Of a stretch of 64,000 nt of DNA, positions 54,550 through 64,000 are shown piece by piece. The translations under genes and the position numbers were made by a program. The notes below the pieces were generated by a model. That model was given only the letters and a program-made list of their open reading frames with translations. It made no database searches and was not told where the DNA came from. Source of the DNA: Paraspadella gotoi. Lineage: Eukaryota; Animalia; Chaetognatha. The number at the start of each line of letters is the position of its first letter. The first letter of the stretch is position 1. Where the stretch lies: positions 20,285,126 to 20,349,125 of the forward strand of contig CM119269.1 of NCBI GenBank assembly GCA_051294375.1. The letters run 5' to 3'.

Positions 54550-56473
54550 CGGTCTGACAACAGCAGGGAAGCTGCCTTTCCTATCCGGTCAGCAAGTAAT
54601 GCTTGCTCTTCTTCTGCGTCATCACTCGCGAATTTTCCTAGTATTTTTTTAAAAATCTGTCACTCTCGTTAATGGACCGCACTCGTCTGTATATTTATGA
54701 TCTGAACGGTGATTCTTAACTTTTCTTTGATTTTATTCACTATTTTGACCTATCTGCCTTTTTATATAAAATCTTTTCTTCACTCCCTCTCTCTATCTTC
54801 TCCTCTTCCCCCCCCTACTCTCCCCACCACCTCCTTCCTCGTCAATCGTCTCCCTCTTTCTCTCCCAACCGACGTCGACCACCGGACGCATCTCGAGAGA
54901 CGGCGACGTCTTAACCGGTGGCGTCGAGTGGGCGTGGCGACCAATATCGGGTAAATGGCTAGATGGCGAACAAAGTAGCAAAAAAAAAAAGGGTAATCGT
55001 GGGAGGAAGAGAAAATAACGCAGAAGAGGAGGAAAGAAGAAGGAAGGAATGTTTGAAGAGAGAACGGAGGAGGAAAAATATATAATTGTTAATGTATTTA
55101 TATATTGTTAATAATATTATGATCATTTAAAAGGAGAAAAATGGGAGAATCAAAAAAAAAAAGTTAATAATAAGAAAAAAGTTTTTAAAAAAATGAACAA
55201 AATTAAAAAAATATAATAAAATAAAATATGAGAAAAATAAAGAAAAGGAAACTCGAAGTCGAAGGAAAAGAAAAAAAAAGGAAAAGAGATGAGACGATAA
55301 AAGCGATGAGCTNNNNNNNNNNNNNNNNNNNNNNNNNCCACCGCTGGGTGTCCCATCAAACCAAAACAAAAGACTAAAATCTGTAACAAAAATATCGAAG
55401 CGCGATGAAACAAATTTAAAATCGTACCGATTCTATCATCTTCCTGTTTTTTTTTATTTTATCCTATTTTATTTTATGTTATTTTTTATTTTATCCTATT
55501 CCTATTCTACTCTATTCACATCATCAAACCTACTCTAAATTAATTCTTTTTGTTCATTCTTTTTTTCTTTCTCTCTCTCTCCTCTCTCTCTCTCTCTCTG
55601 CTCTCTATTCTCTCTCTCGTCCATCTCTCTCTCTCTCTCTCTGCTCTTTTCCCCATTTCAGTATCCCTCTTTATTTACTCTTCTTTTTTTTCAAGCCGAC
55701 GAAAAGTGATTACGAGTCGGACGAGATTTTCAGTGAGTTGAATATCCGAATGAATTCTCTTTGCGCCCTGGTGCATTCTACAGCTGATTAAATTTTTAAA
55801 AAAAAGACTGTATCGTTTGTATTTATTCTCGTTAAAATAATAAACAAACAAGGAATGTGTTTTTTTTTTTGGTTCGCCTTTCAAAACCTTGTTTACGCAT
55901 CTTTCAATCTTGAATAACGCAAAAAAGAAAAGAAAGAAAATACATTTTTAATCTATTGGAAAGTTTAATTAAATTGTAAACAACAATATAAAAATTATTC
56001 ATTCATTTTAATAACTATGCTAATATAATGACGCTGTTAGGTGCCTTAAAATTTTTTCTTTCTGAAATCACCAATTAGACTTTTCGCTCTCGACGACTTT
56101 TCTTCATCCTTTTCCCTTTCGTTCCTCTTCCTCTTCCTCTTTTCGCTTCAGTTTTCTTTCCTCTTCTTCCTCTCCTCCTCTTTCCTCCTCTTCTCCTCTC
56201 TTTTTCAAACAGGGTTGACAGAGTCCAGCGATTTTCCTCTTATTTCCCTCTTCTTTGTCATCGCGAGTCGTTTAATATTTCGATCCTCTGATTTAATGAC
56301 ACGAGAAAATGGAAATCGTTTTCCGTCTGAGACGATAACGACGATTTTAGAGAAGATGAAGACCACGTACGACGACTAAGATTTAAACAGTTCATATTAA
56401 CAGAAGTAACAATAAAGTACCAAGATGCCCTAATTAAAAAAAAAAATTAAAAAAAAAAAAAAAAAATAAAAAA

Positions 56474-56517
<44 letters not shown>

Positions 56518-56696
56518 AACATAAAAAAAAAAAAAAAATAAAAATAAAAAAATATAAAAGAAAAAAAAAAAAACAAAATAAAATAAATAAAAAAAAAAAA
56601 AAAAAATTACAAAAAACAAAAAAAAAAAAAAAAAAAAACAAACTAATAAAAAAAAAAAAAAAAAAAAAAGAAAATAAAAAAAAATATAAAAAAAAA

Positions 56697-56729
<33 letters not shown>

Positions 56730-56887
56730 AAGAAAAAAAAAAAAATTAAAAAAAGTAATAAAAAAAAAAAGAAAAAAAAAAAAAAAAAAATAAAAAAAAA
56801 AGAAAAAATAAAAAAAAAAAAATTAAAAAATAAAAAAATAAAAAAAAAAAAAAAAATAAAAAAATAAAACCAAAAAAAAAAAGAATT

Positions 56888-56918
<31 letters not shown>

Positions 56919-59900
56919 AAAAAAAAAAATAAAAAAAAAAAAAAAAAGAAAAAGATAAATAAAAAATAAAAAAATAAAAAAAAAAAAAAAATAAATAAAC
57001 AAAAAAAGAATAAATAATAAAGATCGAAGGGAAGGGGACAAAGAAGGGAAGAGGAGAGAGGAGAAAAAAAAAAAGGAGGAATAATTGAGAGAATTAAAAA
57101 ATTCATGAAAAGTTAGAATAAAAAGTTTAACTGGAAAAAGAAATAGATTAAAATGAAAATTAATAAATATAATCAAAAAAAAAACTGTAAATAAAAATAG
57201 GAAGAGGTAGCATGATAAGAGAAAAGATTTAAATAATTATAATAAGTTTAAAAAATATAAATATTAAATTATTTTGACTCATAGTTTATTGTATTCTAAT
57301 GATATTTGATGTTATATTAGAGGCATCTTTTGGTTAACAAATTTATTGTTTAAGATGTACTTTGTTAGTATGAACCTAAGATTAATCTTAGTCGTCGGTC
57401 GTTGTTGTCTTCAATCTTCCTTAAAACAATCGTCGTTAATCGTACTAGCGAAAACGATTACCTATTTCTCGTGTCATATAAATCGAGGATCGAAATTATA
57501 AACGACTCGCCGATGAAAAGAAGAGGAAAAAGAAGAGGAAATCCGCTGACTTCTGATCCCACTGTTGAAAAAGAAGAGGAGGAGGAAGGAGGAAGAGGAG
57601 GAGAGGAAGAAGAGGAAAAAAAAAACGAAGAAAAGAGGAAAAGGAAGAGGAACGAAAAGGAAGGATGAAGAATAAGTCGTCCGAGAGCGAAGTTCTTATT
57701 TGGTGTATTCAGAAAGAAAATAAATTTTAAAAGGCAACCTTAACAGCAGTATTATATAGAATAGCTTAATAAATGAATGAATAATTTTTATAATTGGTAT
57801 TAGTAAAACAATTTATTAAACTTCCAAATACGATTAAAAAAAATGTATTATTCTTTCTTTCTTTTTGAGCGTTAATTCAAGATGTGAAAGAATGCGTAAC
57901 AGGTTTTTGAAAGGAGACCCAAAAAAAAAACATCATTCCTTGGTTTGTTTATTTTTTAACGAATTAAAGACAACGTACAGTCTTTTCTTTAAAATTAAAT
58001 TCAGCTGTTAGAATGCACAGGGCGCAAACGAGATTCATTGGATATATCAACTCAGAATCTGTCCGACGTAAATCATCTTTTCGTCGGCTGAAAAAAAGCA
58101 GAGTGAATATAAAAGAGGGAATACTGAAATGGGGAGAAAGAGAGAGAAGATGAGAGAAGAGAGAGAAGAGAGAGAGAGAGAGAGAAGAGAGAAGAGAGAT
58201 GAGAGAGAGAAGAAAAAAAGAATAGAACAAAAGAATAGAGTAGTTTGAGTGATTCGAATAGAATAGAATAGGAATAGGATAATAAAACTACAATATAAAT
58301 AAGGATATAATAAAAAAAAAAAAACAGAAGATGATAGAAATCGGTACGAACAATTATTAAATTTGTTTTATCATCCAGCGGCGACGATTATTTTTTGTTA
58401 CAGATTTAGTCTATTTGTTTTGTCTGATAGACAAACCCAGCGGTGAGTATCGGTTTATCGTCTCATACTCTTTCCTTTTTTTATTTATTCTAAATTTTTA
58501 CCTTAGACTAAATAATAACTCAAATATGTTCGATAGTTTCCTTTTCTATTATTTATTCTCATATTTTATTTAATAAAAATATATTAATATTTAAATTTTA
58601 AGTTCATTTTTAAAAACACTTATTATTCTTATTATAATAAACTTTTTTTTTTTATGATTCTCCCATTTTTCTTCCTTTTAATGATAACAAAATAATATTT
58701 TAACAATATATAAATAAAATTAAAACATATATATATTTTTCCCTCCCAACCGTTCTCAATCCTCTTCAAAAATTCCTTCCTTCTTCATATTCCTCCCTTC
58801 TGCGATTATTTATCTCTTAACCTCCACGATTAACCTTTTTTTTTTGCTACTTTGTACCGCATCAGCCATTTACCCGATATTGTCGCCAAGCACCCACGAC
58901 GCCACGAAGTTAAGACGTCGCCGTCCTCTCGAGAAAATGACGATCCGGTGGTCGACGTCCGGTTGGGGAAGAAAAAGAGGGAGACGAATAGAACAGAGGA
59001 AGGAGGTGTGGGAGAGTAGGGGGGGGAAGAGGAGAAGATAGAGAGAGGGAGTGAAGAAAAGATTTTATATAAAGGCAGATAGTCAAAAACTGTGAATAAT
59101 CAAAGAAAAGTTAAGAATACACCGTTCAGATATAATATACAAGACGAGTGCGGAAATCCAAATTACGAGGAGTGACACGCCATTTTTAAAAATATCTAAG
59201 GGGAAAAGAGAAGAGGAAGATGAAAAAAAAGAAGAAAAAAAGAAAAGATTTGAAGGAGAAAAGGAGAAAGGAGGAAAGAAGAAAGGGGAAAAAAAAATTC
59301 GCGAGTGAGACAAGCAGAAGAGCAAGCATACTGCTGAACCGATAGGAAAGAGACAGCTTTCCCTGCTGTTAGTCAGACCGGCGTCGTCGTCCGTCGTCGT
59401 GTACGTCGACTATCATCGTCAAATCTGATACCGCGAGGATATTTGCGAAATCACTTTGCGGTGATCAAACGTATGAGAAAGCGGAAAATGAAGGAGAAGC
59501 GAGGGAAAAGGAAAAAAGGGAAAAAAGGAAAAAAGAAATGAAGAAAGAAAAAAAGAATACAAAGGAAAGAAATAAAGAATACGGAGACGAGAAAAAAGAA
59601 AAGATGATAAAAATGAAATTCTAAAAAAAAAAAATCGGTCGTGAGTCGACGACGACGACGAAACGACGACGAACGAACGACGAACGACAGACGACAACCG
59701 AGTTCACTACTCGTGTTGATCTGACAATCGATTTATGGTTCCGTTTCTTTCACTTTGTTTTCAATTTTGCATAAACAAAAATGAGACGGATTGACGAATC
59801 CCAGTGTTTGGCGTCGTCGTTGTTGGTCGATGTTAGTCGTCGTATGAAGGTACCGGGAATAAGCGTTTGTGTAAGAGAAAATGAAACACAGAAAGATAAC

Positions 59901-62760
59901 AGGATGTGTAATATTAAAATACATGAAATTGATCGCTCTTACATTATACTATCGGTAATTTCTTTGGTGTTTTTGTTTCAAAATACGGATTCTTTAAGTG
60001 AAACGTATAGAAATTCAGCCGACGAATACGAACAAGAGAAGATAATTATAAAAATAATATATGTAGTAGTAAAAATAAGAAGAAAGAGAGAAGAGAGGAG
60101 AGTAGGAGAGAGACAGAGAGAGAGAACAAGAGAGAGAGAGAGAGAGAAGAGAGAGAAGAAGAGAGAGAGACGATATATCCTTCCTATCCGAGCCGACCAA
60201 TCAAGAGCCAAATCCGGGCATAATCATCACCCAACAACCTCGGCGGTTTTCTAACTATCTCCTATCTAACAGAGTATTTTCCCGAGAGTACAAAAGGGGA
60301 TATATTTCGGCGGTGGCGATCCTAGATGGATTCGGAAAAGTTACTAAAGGGTATAACATTGACCTTGATTGATATGAAGCGTTTAAATGTAATTTCGTAT
60401 AGATTCTTTGACTTTTAAATTAATCTATTGTACGTCGCTTATTAATCGATATTAAAAACGCGAGTGGATTGAGAAAATCGTGTAGAATTGGATTGAATAA
60501 TTGGGAGACGCCGTGCTGTTTGATAGAGTGTTCAGAATTGATTATCGAAAGCTCAACAAGTTCTTTGAGACAAAGCTCATGCTTAGACGCGTACAACTTA
60601 AGAATTACCCCTAGACGATAAAAAAAAGTTTACGCTATTTACGATATGTTGTTTACGCACAGATGAGCAATTTTTTCCCACAAGAATAAAATTGTAGTCA
60701 GAATAGTACTTGAAGGCAAGTAATCGTCTAAAAGGACAGATCGTCCAAAACGAAGAAAAAAATTTCAGTAAAAAACGGGATTGTACCACGGGGGGGGGCG
60801 TCTTGTCCAGAAGGGCGAGCGGTTGAGAAAATTTAAGAATGCTGCGAGAGATGATACCCGTCAAACGAAAACTTGCCGACGAAGACAGACAAAGAAGACG
60901 AACACGGATCGAGCGTATCGTCGGCGCGATATCCCTAAACGAAAATCTTTCGCCATCCATCGCTTTAAAACCGACTAAAGACGATCTTAAAATCGTTTAA
61001 GATCGTCCTTAGAGCTGTCCTTAAGAAATCGCTCTGAGGAAAGATTATTTTAGATTATATCCACAGTTGGTCTCTAGCTAAACATGAGCCAATTGAGATA
61101 CTCGGAACATTTTGATTACGATATTCGTGTTTTAAAAACGTAAATTAGACGTAAAGATAATATTTTCTCTGGATTTTTTTAAACCGAATTATTTTAAAAG
61201 AAATCATTACGAAGAGGTTTTATAATAAAGATTTTTAAAAATTGTATGTTATTGCGGATTTGATGTAAATATTATGGGCCCCAATACCGAGAAAAGGTCA
61301 AGGAGAAATCGGTCTCTACGTGGGCCAATCTCCAAAGATCAACTTATACCAGAACAGTAACAATCACAATGATGACAACAAATTCGTACAATCACACCCA
61401 CTCGGACCGGCCAATCACGCAGACCGTGCATTTACCCTTTCTCATTCGAACAACACCGCTGCAATAGAAAATTAGACCGATATCTACAGTTACACACAGA
61501 ACGAAACCGGCTGTCCATTTACAACAAATCAAGGGAGAAGAACCGACTAAAAACAGAAGAAAAAATTGTGACCAAAATTGAAATTCCTGCCTTATCAAAG
61601 CACCTGAAGTTGAGAACTTTTAGTTATCTACACCGACCTTAAAAGACATACAAACACAGAGGGAAATAAAAAAGAAAAAGCAGAGAGAGAGAGGGACGAG
61701 AGAGAGAGAGAGGGAGACGAGAGAGAGAGGAAAGGGATTAGGCTTAAAGGCAGGCACAATAGAGAAGTAAGAAAAGGTAGAGGGGAATGAGAGGCGAGAG
61801 AGAGAAGAGTCGGAAAATTCAACATCATAATTCCAAGCGTATTTTCAGGACTACTAAGAATTCGCTCGTGCAATTATTTTCCCTTTTCGACCGCAAAATA
61901 GGACCGATTACCCGACGACGACGAGACGAGACGACCGACGACGTAACGACGACGAAGCGAATCTCTCATCAACAAACCCTCTTTTATTTCACTCTTCTTT
62001 TTTTTCAGCCGACGAAAAGATGATTACGTCGGACGAGATTTCTGAGTTGAATATCCAATGAATCTCTTTTGCGCCCTGTGCATTCTAACAGCTGAATTAA
62101 TTTTAAAAAAAGACTGTATCGTTTGTATTTAATCTCGTTAAAAAATAAACAAACAAGGAATGTGTTTTTTTTTTGGTTCCCTTTCAAAAACCTGTTACGC
62201 ATCTTTCAATCTTGAATAACGCAAAAAAGAAAGAAAGAAAATACATTTTTAATCTATTGGAAAGTTTAATTAAATTGTAACAACCAATATAAAAATTATT
62301 CATTCATTTAATAAGCTATCTAATATAATACGCTGTTAAGGTGCCTTTAAAATTATTTTCTTTCTGAAATCACCAAATTAGACTTTCGCTCTCGGACGAC
62401 TTTTCTTCATTCCTTTCCTTTCGTTCCTCTTCCTCTTCCTCTTTTCCTTCAGTTTTCTTTTCCTCTTCTTCCTCTTCCTCCTCTTCCTCCTCTTCTTTTT
62501 CAACAGGTTGACAGAGTCAGCGATTTCCTCTTCATTTCCTCTTCTTTGTCATCGCGAGTCGTTAAATTTCGATCCTCGATTTAATGACACGAGAAAATGG
62601 AATCGTTTTCGTCTGAGACGATAACGACGATTTCAGAGAAGATGAAGACAACAACGACGACGACTAAGATTAAACAGTTCATACTAACAAGAAGTAACAA
62701 TAAAGTAACCAAGATGCCCTAATTAACATCAAAAACAATAAACAAGAGCAAAATAAACCT
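48600..62760. repeat. Alternating direct and inverted copies of one locus (probable assembly artefact)
   Basis: 50540-52215 is the reverse complement of ~48590-50290. 52241-53180 is the reverse complement of ~47835-48755. 53200-55015 repeats 48756-50505. ~57300-61950 is a noisy reverse complement of the preceding blocks. 61975-62735 repeats 55665-56435. Poly-A-like junk at 56435-57010 and several N gaps. Confidence 0.85.
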
Positions 62761-63355
62761 AGCCCCATCGTGAAATTTTAATTTTCNNNNNNNNNNNNNN
62801 NNNNNNNNNNNNNNNNNNNNNNNNNNNNNNNNNNNNNNNNNNNNNNNNNNNNNNNNNNNNNNNNNNNNNNNNNNNNNNNNNNNNNNNNNNNNNNNNNNNN
62901 NNNNNNNNNNNNNNNNNNNNNNNNNNNNNNNNNNNNNNNNNNNNNNNNNNNNNNNNNNNNNNNNNNNNNNNNNNNNNNNNNNNNNNNNNNNNNNNNNNNN
63001 NNNTTTTTCTTTTATCTTTTCTAGTCAGTGAAACTTGTCTTAGCCTTTTTATTTTCCTTCCTCCCGATCCCATTCTTTTCTTGCCACTCTCCTCTCTAAG
63101 CCTTTCTCCCCCCTTCCTCCCTTTCTCCCATCTCCCATCTCTCTCTGTCGCCGATTAAAACGATAAAATAGAGGATTGATGTTTTGTTCGCGATGGGGAT
63201 GAAGGAAAACAAATGCCCCACTCGCCGCCGCCACTTCCCCCTGTCGGACGGAGACAAATTCTCGCCGGAATAAAAGAACAATTTTTTGCATCAATTTTCA
63301 CTTCGAAGTCGCGGAGATTTTTATTTTTAATTCTTTTTTCCTCTATCCTCCGCTA

Positions 63356-63426
<71 letters not shown>

Positions 63427-64000
63427 TTCTGGTCTGGTTCCTTAATGGAAACGAATTCGAGATCAGCAGAGAGAGAGAGAGAGAGAGAGAGAAATATGAA
63501 GACGTTAAATGAAGAGAAAGTAAAGGTAATGAAAGGGAAAGTAGTTTCAGCGATTTTCAAAGTAACTTTTAATTCTTTCATTTCTCAAGAGAACGGAGAT
63601 CCTTTCTTTCTTCTTGGGCGAATCCTGGTTACCCCTCTCTCTTTCTTCTCTTTTATCTTTTCTTTCTCCTATTTTTCCTCTTTTTTTCCACTTTCACTCA
63701 CTCTCTATTTCCTTCAATGTAAACCCTTTCGCCCTTACTTTTCACCCCTCATTTTCTCGTCAATCCCATTTCTCTCCCTTTTTTTTCATTTGCCATCTTT
63801 CCTTTCCTTTTAATTCCTCTCCCTCCATACACCTTCCTCTCCTTCTTCATCCCTCTCCCTTCCTCTTCCTCCCTCTCCTCTTCCTCTTCCTCCCCTTGTT
63901 TTTCATTTCACGGTCACCATCTTTTTTTTTTCTCGCCGTCGGAAGACGTCGGATTTCTTGGCGCCACTCAATTGACTCAAGGCGACGGAGGGAGGAAGAG

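Noticed and set aside
56435-57010. 219-aa Phe-rich ORF or long poly-A tail
   Set aside because: Near-homopolymer junk at a fold-back junction; likely a sequencing artefact.

Overview
Eukaryotic, most likely invertebrate animal, draft-assembly DNA: AT-rich, with spliceosomal introns, many (GA)n/(GAC)n microsatellites and N gaps. Three intron-containing genes could be spliced by hand. (1) A minus-strand, N-terminally acylated globin X-like gene (8641-6794) whose H helix continues in frame past a TGA to a second TGA at 6710. (2) A plus-strand gene of at least 15 exons (14380-20716, 5' end not found) for an extracellular protein with architecture CBM14-CCP-EGFx2-CCPx7-EGFx2-CBM14. (3) A complete 7-exon POLDIP2 on the minus strand (29270-27024). 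Weak but collinear motifs suggest a divergent or decayed ionotropic-glutamate-receptor-like gene lying antisense to, and interleaved with, gene 2 (about 13350-15750). Repeats include a foldback-type minisatellite array, tRNA-derived SINE-like elements, Helentron/DINE-1-like elements, a palindromic MITE and a Penelope-type hammerhead ribozyme motif. The region 41-63 kb is mostly direct and inverted copies of one locus, some very indel-noisy, and is probably an assembly artefact. All homology calls come from remembered family motifs; no searches were run.
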